The position numbers and the translations under genes are program-made. Of a stretch of DNA of 64,000 bases, positions 39,962 to 48,780 are shown piece after piece. Below the pieces are notes generated by a model, which saw only the letters and a program-made list of their open reading frames with translations, did not search any database and was not told the DNA's origin. This DNA comes from Candidatus Norongarragalinales archaeon (GTDB lineage Archaea; Micrarchaeota; Micrarchaeia; Norongarragalinales; Norongarragalinaceae): NCBI GenBank assembly GCA_038884755.1, contig JAWABJ010000001.1, positions 128,001 through 192,000 of the forward strand. Reading direction: 5' to 3'. Positions within the stretch are counted from its first letter, which is position 1, and each line of letters starts with the position of its first letter.

Positions 39962-41817
39962 AAATGCGTTTTCTTGCTTTCGCCTTTGTTTTTGCCTTCG
40001 CGCTTTTTGCGCAGCAGGGCTTTTCCCAAGGCGTTCCCATGTGTCCTGGCAATGGAAACAATTTCGAGTGCCCGCCTTGCAACGAGCCTTGCTCGATTCC
40101 CGTCGGTCCGCCGGAGTGCTGCGCTTGGAACCCCAACGCAGGTCCCGAATGCCAAGGCGTTTTGCCCGCGTGCATGGTTTGCGCGGTTGCCATTCAAGCC
40201 GCTCCTGCTTCCAACCTCAACTTTTGCACTTCCTCCGGCTACGAAGCTAAAGCTTTGGAGGGAGTTGTTCCCGCGCAACGCGCTTTGATTTCCTTGGCTG
40301 AAACTTGCCCTGATACTGTGACGACAGTCCCTTGCAACAACAAGTTTGGAGACTGCTGCTTGTGCGACGGCACGCTCATGACTTATCAAGGAGATGAGGA
40401 AACCCTCCGCTGCCTGCCGGGCACGTGCGAGCCTGGGGTGAGCGAATGCAATTTCGAAAACCAGGGTTTCAGGTGCGAGGCTGACGCCATTCCCAACGGC
40501 TGCACTCCAGACCCGAACGTTTGCGCTTCCCCTTCTCCATCACCTTCGCCCAGCCCCTCTCCAAGCCCTTCCCCCAGCGCTTCGCCCAGCCCTTCGGCTT
40601 CTGCCTCTCCAAGCCCCTCGCACACGATTTGCTCCTTGGGTTCGTGTATTGTCGTTCAAGGTCCTGGTCCGAATTATTGTTTTTCAAACTCCGATTGCGT
40701 TGAGCCGTCGCACACGATTTGCTGGCTAGGGCAATGCATTTCAATCCAAGGCCCAGGCCCGAACTATTGCAGTTCTAACGCGAATTGCGTTTCGCAATCG
40801 CACACCATATGCTCCAACCAGCAGTGCATTTCTGTTGTAGGCCCCGGCTCGAACCAGTGTTCTTCCAACAGCCAGTGCGGTTCGGCTTCGCCTTCCCCCA
40901 GCCCAGGCGGCTCTCCTTCCCCAAGCGGTTCTCCCACTCCCTCGGGCAGTCCTTCTCCTAGCGGCAGTCCCTCGCCTTCCGGTTCTCCTTCGCCTAGCGG
41001 AAGCCCGTCTCCAAGCGGTTCTCCTTCTCCCTCAGGGTCTCCCAGCCCTTCCGGCTCGCCCAGCCCCTCCGGTTCTCCTTCGCCTTCGGGCAGTCCTTCT
41101 CCCAGCGGAACTCCGTCGCCTTCGCCTTCCAATACGCCGTCCCCTTCGGGCTCCGCTTCGCCTTCGGGTTCTCCGAGCGGCAGCCCCAGTTCTTCCCCGT
41201 CTTCTTCACCCAGCTCGTCTCCAAGCGGTTCTCCAGGCGGAGGGTATTGCGGAAACGGGGTGATAGACCCGGGCGAGGTTTGCGACAAGGCCAACAACGC
41301 CGGATGCGCGCAAGGGGAATTCTGCAACTTCGACTGCAGCGCTTGCTTCTCGCCAGGTTCGCCTGAAGGAAGCATACTGCGCATCGAAGGAAAGCGCGTG
41401 ATTGGCGGGGAGGAAATCCAGGCTGCGACAGTGCCGATTTTGTACAATACCGCGGCAACCGGGCTTGCCGCCCCTTGCAGCGAGCAGGTCAAGGGCAGTT
41501 TGTTGTTCACGATAGACGACGCGCGTTTGGGAAGCATTCCCGAGGCGTTGTCTTGCGACTCTTCAAAACCCGGGGTTTTCATTCTCACGCTTTCGCCGCA
41601 GTTGCTGGGATTGCAGTCGCAAGAGCTTCCTTCCGGAAGCTACCGCGTGAAAGTAGAGGTTGACGAGGGAGGGACGGTTTACAGCGCGAACGACCCGCAG
41701 GCTTTGATTGTAGTAAAACAAAAGCAGGCTTTGCCTGAAACGGATTTCCTCGTCGTATTGTTCTTCGGCTTGCTTGCCTTGCTTTTCGTGCGCAGCGGCA
41801 CGCGCCGCAACGAGTAA
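39958..41817 (+). CDS. Cys-rich, Ser/Pro-repeat surface protein, paralog of 37402-39357
   Basis: Signal peptide, three 30-aa Cys repeats, (SGSPSP)n, CGNGVIDPGEVCD, LPETD-TM. Confidence 0.8.
   Translation: MKMRFLAFAFVFAFALFAQQGFSQGVPMCPGNGNNFECPPCNEPCSIPVGPPECCAWNPNAGPECQGVLPACMVCAVAIQAAPASNLNFCTSSGYEAKALEGVVPAQRALISLAETCPDTVTTVPCNNKFGDCCLCDGTLMTYQGDEETLRCLPGTCEPGVSECNFENQGFRCEADAIPNGCTPDPNVCASPSPSPSPSPSPSPSPSASPSPSASASPSPSHTICSLGSCIVVQGPGPNYCFSNSDCVEPSHTICWLGQCISIQGPGPNYCSSNANCVSQSHTICSNQQCISVVGPGSNQCSSNSQCGSASPSPSPGGSPSPSGSPTPSGSPSPSGSPSPSGSPSPSGSPSPSGSPSPSGSPSPSGSPSPSGSPSPSGSPSPSGTPSPSPSNTPSPSGSASPSGSPSGSPSSSPSSSPSSSPSGSPGGGYCGNGVIDPGEVCDKANNAGCAQGEFCNFDCSACFSPGSPEGSILRIEGKRVIGGEEIQAATVPILYNTAATGLAAPCSEQVKGSLLFTIDDARLGSIPEALSCDSSKPGVFILTLSPQLLGLQSQELPSGSYRVKVEVDEGGTVYSANDPQALIVVKQKQALPETDFLVVLFFGLLALLFVRSGTRRNE
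40618..40878 (+). repeat. three 90-nt coding repeats (SHTIC...GPGPNYC...C)
   Basis: Units start at 40618, 40708 and 40798. Confidence 0.85.
40881..41237 (+). repeat. Ser/Gly/Pro hexapeptide (18-nt) coding repeat with diversified codons
   Basis: About 11 tandem SGSPSP-type units plus flanking SP tracts. Confidence 0.85.
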
Positions 41818-41841
41818 AAAACCCGCTTTCGTGCTTTTAGC

Positions 41842-42384
41842 ATGCGAATCGCCATTTCCGGACCCACTGCGTGCGGTAATTCCACCGCTTCAAGACTCGT
41901 AGCCAAGGCGCTGCGCTTGAAAAAGTACAACTACACTTTCCACGACCTCGCGAGGGAATCCAAAATCCCGTTTGAAAAGCTGCATGCGAAGGCGGAGAAA
42001 GACGCGCGGTTAGACGTGCTGTTGGACAGGAAGCAAATTGAATTCGCTTTGAAGGAAAAAAACTGTGTGGTGGGAACGCGTTTGGCGGTTTTCCTCGATC
42101 GGATAGCGCCGCAACTCGGAATGAAAAAACCGGCTTTCGATTTGAAAGTGTGGCTGGACGCACCCGAACCCGTAAGGGCCGGGCGTTTAGCCAAGCGCGA
42201 CAAGAAAAGTGCGGACGCTGCGCTGAAGGAAATTCGCTACCGGGATTCTTCCAACAAAAAACGCTACAAAAAACTTTACAACCTGGATTTCAAAAAACCC
42301 GTTCGGTGTTTGCTTGTAGACAATTCAAGTCTCGATGCAAAGCAGACTGCCGCATTGATAATTACAGCTGCGCGAAAAGCATGA
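41842..42384 (+). CDS. cmk: cytidylate kinase (archaeal type)
   Basis: IAISGPTACGNST variant P-loop, LKVWLDAP, RYKKLY. Confidence 0.8.
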   Translation: MRIAISGPTACGNSTASRLVAKALRLKKYNYTFHDLARESKIPFEKLHAKAEKDARLDVLLDRKQIEFALKEKNCVVGTRLAVFLDRIAPQLGMKKPAFDLKVWLDAPEPVRAGRLAKRDKKSADAALKEIRYRDSSNKKRYKKLYNLDFKKPVRCLLVDNSSLDAKQTAALIITAARKA

Positions 42385-42390
42385 ACCTGC

Positions 42391-43335
42391 TTATTTTTCT
42401 GTTTCCCCCACGTCTAGAATGAGTGCCGTGAGCAAAAGCTGCACGCCTACGATTGAAGGCAGTAGGCAAAGCAAAACGCTTCCCACGCTTGGCGAAAGCG
42501 AATGGAATGCTTTTTGCCACAAAATCCACACTCCCGTTGCCAAGCCTATTGAAAACAGTGCTATTCCGAACGAGAAGAACAGGGCGATGGGGTGGAAGTC
42601 GCGCAAGACGTACTTCTCGAAAATCCTTTTGAAAAAGCTTTTGACCAGGAAGAGAGAGGCGGAAGGCACGAAACTGCGGAGTTTTATTCCGCTTTTTTCG
42701 CTTCCGTAGCTTGCCGGAATGGCGACGTCTTTCACCCGCAAGTTGGCTATGTTGAGCTTCACGAGCATGTCGTTTTCGAAGCAGTATCCCTTGTTCAAAG
42801 AATCCAAGTCTATTTCCTTGAGCGCTGAAGAGCGGATTGCCGTGAACCCGTTTTGCGGGTCGAAAATGTGCCAGTATCCGCTAGCCGCTTTAGTGAGGAA
42901 AGTGAGCAGCACGTTTCCCAAAATGCGTATGACCGGCATGCCTTCCAGCGAGCTTTTAGCCAAAAACCTGTTTCCCTTGGCGTAATCGTACCCTTCCAGC
43001 AAAGCGTCGAGAAGCTTGCGCGCGTGTTCGGGTTGCATTTGCCCGTCCCCCGCCATTACCACCGAAAAATCGGCGCCCAGTTCCAAAGCTTTCCTGTGCC
43101 CCGTGACAATCGCCCCGCCCACTCCCTGGTTTTTCTCGTGCTTTATGACGAAAACCTTTTTGTTCAACTGCTTTCCGGCCGCCTTTCTTGCCGCATCAAA
43201 AGTTCCATCTTTGCTTGCGTCGTCCACCACGACAATCCAATCCACGTATTTAGGAGCGGTTTTCACCACGTTTCCTACGAACCTGCTTTCATTAAACGCG
43301 GGAATTACTACGCAAACCTTGTTTTTCTTGTACAT
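42391..43335 (-). CDS. glycosyltransferase family 2
   Basis: VVIPAFNE, VVDDASKDGT, NQGVG, GDGQM; two C-terminal TM. Confidence 0.9.
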   Translation of the reverse strand: MYKKNKVCVVIPAFNESRFVGNVVKTAPKYVDWIVVVDDASKDGTFDAARKAAGKQLNKKVFVIKHEKNQGVGGAIVTGHRKALELGADFSVVMAGDGQMQPEHARKLLDALLEGYDYAKGNRFLAKSSLEGMPVIRILGNVLLTFLTKAASGYWHIFDPQNGFTAIRSSALKEIDLDSLNKGYCFENDMLVKLNIANLRVKDVAIPASYGSEKSGIKLRSFVPSASLFLVKSFFKRIFEKYVLRDFHPIALFFSFGIALFSIGLATGVWILWQKAFHSLSPSVGSVLLCLLPSIVGVQLLLTALILDVGETEK

Positions 43336-43342
43336 TTTTTTT

Positions 43343-45280
43343 TCACTTCCGCTTGACTTCGTAAATTTCGTAGTCTAAGTCGTTTATTGTTTTTTTGTAT
43401 ATTAACTTGAAAAGCGGGGAGGCGCGTATCGCGGTTTCGTTCAGCCCTTTGAACCTGCGTTCGTTGCTGGGAATGAGTGAAACGTGCGTTATGCCGTATT
43501 TCCTTATGACTTCGTCCATTCTTTTTCCCGAGTAGAAGTCGTATTGGTTTGTCGCCCGTTCGTACCAATCGCTTCTTCCCTTGACCCACCCTACCGCGGG
43601 AAACCCGAGCATTCTTACCCTGCCTACGAGGTCGAAAGCGTGAGGGCCGTCGAAAGCGATGACGACCGCGTCAGGCGGGAGGATTGCATTCGCGTCTTTC
43701 GCGAATTCTATGTCGGCGCGTCCGTAGAGCGAAAGCTGGTTCCAAGCGTCCTTCTGGATTGAAAGGGCGCCCGGGAGTATTGCCGCTGCCAGAATAACAA
43801 CCGCTGCCGCAGGCGGAATGAAGTTTAGCAAAGCCGTTTCGTTTTTTTTTCCTTTGCGCACTGGAAACCGGAATTCGAAAAGCCGTGCGAGGGCGATTGC
43901 CCCCAAAGCAAAAGTAGGAATTTGCCACAGGTTGACGAGCTTCATGTTGTTCATGTAGTCGGGCGAAAAGCGGAACATGCTGAACGCAAGGAAAAGCGGA
44001 ACGAACGCAACGTAATACTTGCGCACGGTTTTTGGGGAAGTGAAAAACGCGCTTAGCGCGAGCAGCAGGGGAAGCCCCATGTTTTGCACCCAAAACCACG
44101 CTATGTCGACGGGGTTTTGCGAAAGCGCCCTCCACCCTATTTCCAACGCCACGTAACTGTTGGAAGTGGAGGGCTCGAGCCACGCGTACGTTTGCACCGC
44201 GCCCAAAACCAAGGCGGGCGCGAAAAACCACGCCCATTTCCTGCTCCTGTAAATCACGAACAGTGCGCCTGCGGTCAGCACGCACGCTATGAACGCGGCT
44301 TCACGCATTAGCGGAAGAAAGCCCGCGAGTACCCCGCTCGCGAAAAGCATTTTGTTCAACCGCTTTTGTTGCCTTTCGGGAGTTTTCGCGGTCTCGAACT
44401 GCCTGGCTATTTCGAAAAGCATTATGAACACGACTACCGCGACGGTATACCCGAAGTTGCTTGCCCTCTGCCTCGCCAAGTGCGATTTGAAAAACTGGAT
44501 TATGTGGCCCACCCACGGGTTTTCTATCAGCGCGGCGTAATCCCTGTCCGGATTTTCAAGCCACTCGCCTACGCTCGCGTGCTTTTGCGCGTCTTCAAGC
44601 ATCATTCCGTAAGACATGCTGCCGGAGAAAAAGAGGAACAAGACGGCGACGATTGCCGCGTTTTTGCTTGAACCCAAGCGAAACGCGAGGAAGTAGACGC
44701 ACGCGAAAAACGCGATTATCATTATCAGTGCCGGGACTGCGAACGCGAGAGTGAAAGGCATTTCAAGCCTTTCCAGCACTCCCGAGTACAAGTCTATCAA
44801 GAACGGGTAGTTGAGCGGAACGCCTGCGTACTGCGGGTCTTGCGGAGGCACTATGTGATTGTATGCAAAGTATTTCTCGATGTTGACGTGGTAGTACGTG
44901 TCCTGCCAGAACAACGCGCTCACTTCGTAATTCAAGCTCTTGTTCACGTGCACTGCGCCGTACGAAAACAAGACTATTATAAGGAGTATTACGGGCGCCA
45001 TTCTCAGCCAAAACCCGGAGTCCCACCCTTTTTCGAAAGCGCGCCCTCCCCCTCCCCGCAGCAACGCGACCGCAGCCATTGCAAGAGCAGCAAGCGCGGC
45101 GTAGTGCGCTTGCGCGCCGAAAGCGAAAAAAGAGGCGTAAGCCACGACCGAAGCGAGCGGCAGGCCTATCGCAATCGAAAAGAAGATTTGCTCTTCGCGA
45201 GTTTTCGCAAGCCCGATTTTCTTTTCTACTGCAAACCCGAAGAGTATAGAGAACAGGATAAAAAGAATGCCGAGAATCAT
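43343..45280 (-). CDS. multi-pass membrane protein, putative GT-C glycosyltransferase
   Basis: Many TM, luminal WQDTYYH and PLNYPF loop; next to the GT2 gene. Confidence 0.6.
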   Translation of the reverse strand: MILGILFILFSILFGFAVEKKIGLAKTREEQIFFSIAIGLPLASVVAYASFFAFGAQAHYAALAALAMAAVALLRGGGGRAFEKGWDSGFWLRMAPVILLIIVLFSYGAVHVNKSLNYEVSALFWQDTYYHVNIEKYFAYNHIVPPQDPQYAGVPLNYPFLIDLYSGVLERLEMPFTLAFAVPALIMIIAFFACVYFLAFRLGSSKNAAIVAVLFLFFSGSMSYGMMLEDAQKHASVGEWLENPDRDYAALIENPWVGHIIQFFKSHLARQRASNFGYTVAVVVFIMLFEIARQFETAKTPERQQKRLNKMLFASGVLAGFLPLMREAAFIACVLTAGALFVIYRSRKWAWFFAPALVLGAVQTYAWLEPSTSNSYVALEIGWRALSQNPVDIAWFWVQNMGLPLLLALSAFFTSPKTVRKYYVAFVPLFLAFSMFRFSPDYMNNMKLVNLWQIPTFALGAIALARLFEFRFPVRKGKKNETALLNFIPPAAAVVILAAAILPGALSIQKDAWNQLSLYGRADIEFAKDANAILPPDAVVIAFDGPHAFDLVGRVRMLGFPAVGWVKGRSDWYERATNQYDFYSGKRMDEVIRKYGITHVSLIPSNERRFKGLNETAIRASPLFKLIYKKTINDLDYEIYEVKRK

Positions 45281-45368
45281 TATACCACTCGAATGTAAGA
45301 TGAACGGGAGTATTGCTTAAAAACAAGTGCGAGTCCGTTTCAGCATTCGATTGGAATGGTGGTTTTGA

Positions 45369-45533
45369 ATGACTAGGGTGTTTCAAAAGGGAGTCAAGGC
45401 GAAAATAATTTCAGGAAGAAGGAAAGGGCAGATTGTCGAAATAACGGAAGTGGTGGACAACTCCTTCGTGAAAATAAAGACTGCGAAAGGCAAAGAGCGG
45501 AAGATGAATGCGAAGCACCTGCAGCCTGCTTGA
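45369..45533 (+). CDS. rpl14e: ribosomal protein eL14 (54 aa; absent from the ORF track)
   Basis: MTRVFQKGVKAKIISGRRKGQIVEITEVVDNSFVKI...RKMNAKHLQPA KOW fold; between cmk and cbf5. Confidence 0.8.
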   Translation: MTRVFQKGVKAKIISGRRKGQIVEITEVVDNSFVKIKTAKGKERKMNAKHLQPA

Positions 45534-45534
45534 G

Positions 45535-45566
45535 CTTTTTGATAAAACTTTTTCGCAAAAAGTTTT
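45535..45566 (-). repeat. element copy 4 (G-less variant)
   Basis: Reverse complement AAAACTTTTT-GCG-AAAAAGTTTT-ATC-AAAAAG. Confidence 0.65.
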
Positions 45567-45598
45567 CTTTTTCCGAATCTTTCTTTGTTGAAGCGTTC

Positions 45599-45638
45599 TT
45601 TTCTTTACTCAATTTTTCTTTTCCTAAAAGAAAAATTG
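45599..45638 (-). repeat. element copy 5 (3' of C/D sRNA)
   Basis: Reverse complement CAATTTTTCTTTT-AGG-AAAAGAAAAATTG-AGT-AAAGAAAA. Confidence 0.85.
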
Positions 45639-45640
45639 GA

Positions 45641-45731
45641 GGGCTCGGTAGTCGTAATCTCATCATTCCGTTTTTTGATCAAACTTTTTATAAAAAAGTT
45701 TGTCAGAGTCAAGCCTTTATCTTCATAGCCC
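45641..45731 (-). ncRNA. putative box C/D guide sRNA
   Basis: GGGCT-ATGAAGA(C)-13 nt-CTGA(D')-hairpin-ATGATGA(C')-11 nt-CCGA(D)-GCCC; terminal stem; upstream TTTAAG. Confidence 0.7.
45671..45702 (-). repeat. element copy 6 (inside C/D sRNA)
   Basis: Reverse complement CAAACTTTTT-TAT-AAAAAGTTTG-ATC-AAAAAA. Confidence 0.65.
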
Positions 45732-45779
45732 AATTACTTATTGAATATCTTAAACTATTATCTGTTTTCGTGGGTAGAA

Positions 45780-46703
45780 ATGATCGGTTTGCGCAAGGGC
45801 GACGGCAATTACGGCAAAAAGCCGAGCGAACGCACTCTTGACGAAAAGCTGCGCAAGGGCGTATTTGTTTTGGATAAGCCTTGCGGTCCTTCCTCCCACG
45901 AGGCTGCCGCGTTCGTGCGCAAGATTTTGGGTTTGAAGAAAGCTGGGCACAGCGGGACGCTGGATGCGAACGTTTCCGGCGTGCTGCCTGTTTTCCTCGA
46001 GGAGGCGACCAAGGCAGTACGGTATTTTCTCGGCGAGCGCAAGAAATACGTTTGCATAATGCGTTTGAACGAAAGGAAAAGTGCGAAGGAAATCGAAGAT
46101 GCTTTTTCGCATTTTAAAGGAAAAATCTACCAAAAGCCTCCTTTGGCGAGTGCTGTTGCTAAGAAACTGCGAGTGCGCGAAGTGTTCGGGTTGCGCGTGC
46201 TGGAAATCGACGGGAAGGACGTCTTGTTCGAGTGCGATGTGGAAGGCGGATTTTACGTGCGCAAGCTTTGCGCTGACGTGGGGGAGGTTTTGGGGTGCGG
46301 GGCGGCAATGCTGGAGCTGCGCAGGACTTACGCGGCCGGGTTTACCGAAGCGAAGGCGCATTCGCTGCAGGACTTGAGCGACGCGTTTTGGCTGTGGAAA
46401 GAGGTGGGAAACTCAAAAACGTTGGACGAGATGGTTTTCAATCTGGAAGACGTTTTGCATTTGAAGAAAGTCGTCGTGGACGATGGTGCGTTAAAACCAA
46501 TTTCCACCGGCGCGAACCTCGCGATTCCTGGCATAGTTGAAATGGACGATTCGATTGAAAAAGGCGAGAGCGTGCAAGTTTTGAGCGGAAAGGGAGAGGT
46601 AATCTGTTTTGCCAAAGCATTGTTCAGTTCGAAGGAAATAGCCGAGAAGGAAAGGAAGGGGCATGGTGGTTTGGCGTTCGACATCGAACGCGTTTTGCTT
46701 TGA
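45780..46703 (+). CDS. cbf5: pseudouridine synthase Cbf5 (TruB family)
   Basis: LDKPCGPSSHE, GHSGTLD, ELRRT, PUA domain. Confidence 0.93.
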   Translation: MIGLRKGDGNYGKKPSERTLDEKLRKGVFVLDKPCGPSSHEAAAFVRKILGLKKAGHSGTLDANVSGVLPVFLEEATKAVRYFLGERKKYVCIMRLNERKSAKEIEDAFSHFKGKIYQKPPLASAVAKKLRVREVFGLRVLEIDGKDVLFECDVEGGFYVRKLCADVGEVLGCGAAMLELRRTYAAGFTEAKAHSLQDLSDAFWLWKEVGNSKTLDEMVFNLEDVLHLKKVVVDDGALKPISTGANLAIPGIVEMDDSIEKGESVQVLSGKGEVICFAKALFSSKEIAEKERKGHGGLAFDIERVLL

Positions 46704-46794
46704 GTTTTTTTGCGCATCGAAAGGGTTTTTAAATCGGTGTAGAATAGTGTTATACTGGAAAATTAAAGGCTCACGGAGCTCTCTGTTTTTCCCG

Positions 46795-46806
46795 AAGGTT
46801 TTTAAC
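46795..46806 (+). promoter_or_regulatory. BRE/TATA promoter of tRNA-Ser
   Basis: AAGGTTTTTAAC ending about 25 nt before the tRNA; similar motifs near 28190 (rpoH) and 46722. Confidence 0.6.
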
Positions 46807-46831
46807 CGCGAGAAAGCAAATTCTTTCTTGC

Positions 46832-47027
46832 GCCGGGATGGCAGAGTGGTTAATGCGCACGCTTGGAAAGTCTTTTTCTGGTTGCTCTTTTTCGAGCGTA
46901 CCGAAAACTTCCCTTACAGCGTGTGGCCGAAAGGCCTCCTGAGTTCGAAAGCTTTTCTTTCTTTGCAAAAGAAAGAAAACCTTGGAAAAGAAAGAAAACG
47001 CGAGAGACGAGATTCTCAGTCCCGGCG
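46832..47027 (+). tRNA. tRNA-Ser(GGA) with introns at 37/38 (~46869-46917) and 59/60 (46950-47013)
   Basis: Acceptor GCCGGGA/TCCCGGC; CACGC/GCGTG; variable arm GGCC-GAAA-GGCC; BHB TTCG/CGAG. Confidence 0.88.
46953..47000 (+). repeat. element copy 7 (Ser 59/60 intron)
   Basis: TTTTCTTTCTTT-GC-AAAAGAAAGAAAA-ccttgg-AAAAGAAAGAAAA-CG. Confidence 0.8.
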
Positions 47028-47052
47028 CTTTCGCTTTACAATAGTTTAAACG

Positions 47053-47724
47053 GTGTCATCGAGTTTGGCTGACGACAAGTCTGTAAAGAAGGAACAAAAC
47101 GTAAGGACAGAGCAAAAGAAAAGCTCTTTTCAACCCCAGCCGCAGCTTCCTTCGAAACTCGTCAAGCGCAAGGACAAGGAGTCGAAAGACTTTCGCGGGA
47201 TAGTGCGCGTTGTAGGACGGGACGTTGACGGGCACTTGACTGTCGCCGAGTCGTTAAGGAAAGTGAAAGGGCTCGGGTACAATCTGGGGACCAACCTCGG
47301 CGGGATTGTTTCGACCAAACTCGGCATTCCTTTGAGTGAATTGATCGGAAACCTTTCCGAAGAGCAGTTCGTAAAGCTTGAAGATGTCGTGCGTTTTCCG
47401 CAGAATTATGGAGTGAAATCGTTTTTGCTCAACCGCCAGAAGGATTACGATTCTGGAGAGAATAAGCATTTGGTGATGTCCGACTTGACTTTCTCCCTGC
47501 GTCAGGATGTCGTGAGAGAACGGGATTCGAAGACCTACCGGGGATGGAGGCACGCGATCGGACAGAGAGTGCGCGGGCAGCACTCGCGCACTACCGGCAG
47601 GAGCGGAATGGCCGTGGGCGTTTTGAAGAAGGCGATCAAGGCACAGAAAGCCGCGGCAGCGACCGGCGCGCAGGAAAAGTCTTCCACCGCGCCAGCGGCT
47701 GCGAAGGAAGAGAAGAAAAAGTGA
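47053..47724 (+). CDS. rps13: ribosomal protein uS13
   Basis: FRGIVRVVG, YRGWRH, VRGQHSRTTGR; start uncertain. Confidence 0.93.
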   Translation: MSSSLADDKSVKKEQNVRTEQKKSSFQPQPQLPSKLVKRKDKESKDFRGIVRVVGRDVDGHLTVAESLRKVKGLGYNLGTNLGGIVSTKLGIPLSELIGNLSEEQFVKLEDVVRFPQNYGVKSFLLNRQKDYDSGENKHLVMSDLTFSLRQDVVRERDSKTYRGWRHAIGQRVRGQHSRTTGRSGMAVGVLKKAIKAQKAAAATGAQEKSSTAPAAAKEEKKK

Positions 47725-47747
47725 TTTTTGCTTTTGAAGTGATTTGA

Positions 47748-48308
47748 ATGGGAGACCCTGTCAGGAAATCAAAGAAATTCGAAAAGCCTAAAAGACTGTG
47801 GGACAAGCCCAGAATCGAGGCGGAAAAGGCCTTGAGGAACGAATTCGGGCTGAAGAACGCGCGGGAATTGTGGAGAATGCAGACTTTGCTCAGGCGCATC
47901 AGGCGCGAGGCGCGGAGGCTTTTGAGCGGCAAGGGCTCGCAGGCCGAAGAGCGGGCGAAGAAACTCCTGTCGCGCGTGCAGCGGTTGTTTTTACAGAAGG
48001 CGGACGCGACGCTGGACGACTTGCTTTCGCTGAACGTCAAGGACATTTTGAGCCGAAGGCTGCAGAGCGTGGTGGTGCGAAAGGGTTTCGCGAAGACCAT
48101 GCATCAGGCCAGGCAGTTCATCACGCACGGGCACATTTCCATAGGCGGGAGGAAAGTTTCCGCGCCTTCGTACCTGGTTTCTTTCGACGAGGAATCGAAA
48201 GTGGAATGGTTCAAGAAGCCCGTTGCCGTCGAGCAAAAGCCGGTCGTTGCAGAAGCGGCCGAAGGCAAGGAAAAGGAGAAAGTTGAGAGCGTGAGTGCGA
48301 ATGGCTGA
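47748..48308 (+). CDS. rps4: ribosomal protein uS4
   Basis: [21 protein letters not shown]. Confidence 0.95.
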   Translation: MGDPVRKSKKFEKPKRLWDKPRIEAEKALRNEFGLKNARELWRMQTLLRRIRREARRLLSGKGSQAEERAKKLLSRVQRLFLQKADATLDDLLSLNVKDILSRRLQSVVVRKGFAKTMHQARQFITHGHISIGGRKVSAPSYLVSFDEESKVEWFKKPVAVEQKPVVAEAAEGKEKEKVESVSANG

Positions 48309-48768
48309 AACGGCATCGCTTCCAAAGCAAGAGGAGATGCGCGAGAGGCGCAGTCATTTTGACGACCGCAGGGTTTTGCTTACCGAAGGGAAATGGGGGG
48401 TTGCTCACGTTTTCTCTTCTAAAAATGATACGATAATCACGATTACGGACTTGAGCGGCGCTGAAACGATTTCGACCGGAAGCGGAGGCATGATAGTCAA
48501 GAGCGACCGCGAAGAGGGAAGCCCTTACGCTGCTATGCAAGCCGCTTTCCGCGCTTCTGCCAAGGCGAAAGAACGCGGGGTTGTCGGAGTGCACGTGCGC
48601 GTTCGCGCGCCCGGCGGGCACCGCTCGAAAACTCCCGGCCCAGGCGCGCAGGCGGCGATACGCGCGTTGGCGAGAAGCGGGCTGCGAATAGGAAAAATAG
48701 AAGACGTCACTCCCTTGCCTACGGACACTACGAAGCGCAAGGGCGGAAAAAGGGGAAGGAGAGTTTAA
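48301..48768 (+). CDS. rps11: ribosomal protein uS11
   Basis: [30 protein letters not shown]. Confidence 0.95.
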   Translation: MAETASLPKQEEMRERRSHFDDRRVLLTEGKWGVAHVFSSKNDTIITITDLSGAETISTGSGGMIVKSDREEGSPYAAMQAAFRASAKAKERGVVGVHVRVRAPGGHRSKTPGPGAQAAIRALARSGLRIGKIEDVTPLPTDTTKRKGGKRGRRV

Positions 48769-48780
48769 GGGGGATTTGCA

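Noticed and set aside
45534..45705. CRISPR array
   Set aside because: The repeats are non-identical and irregularly spaced, and there are no cas genes in the window.
45530..45841. 103-aa ORF, and 45394-45666 on the minus strand
   Set aside because: Phe/Lys-rich translations of the A/T-tract elements and the sRNA.
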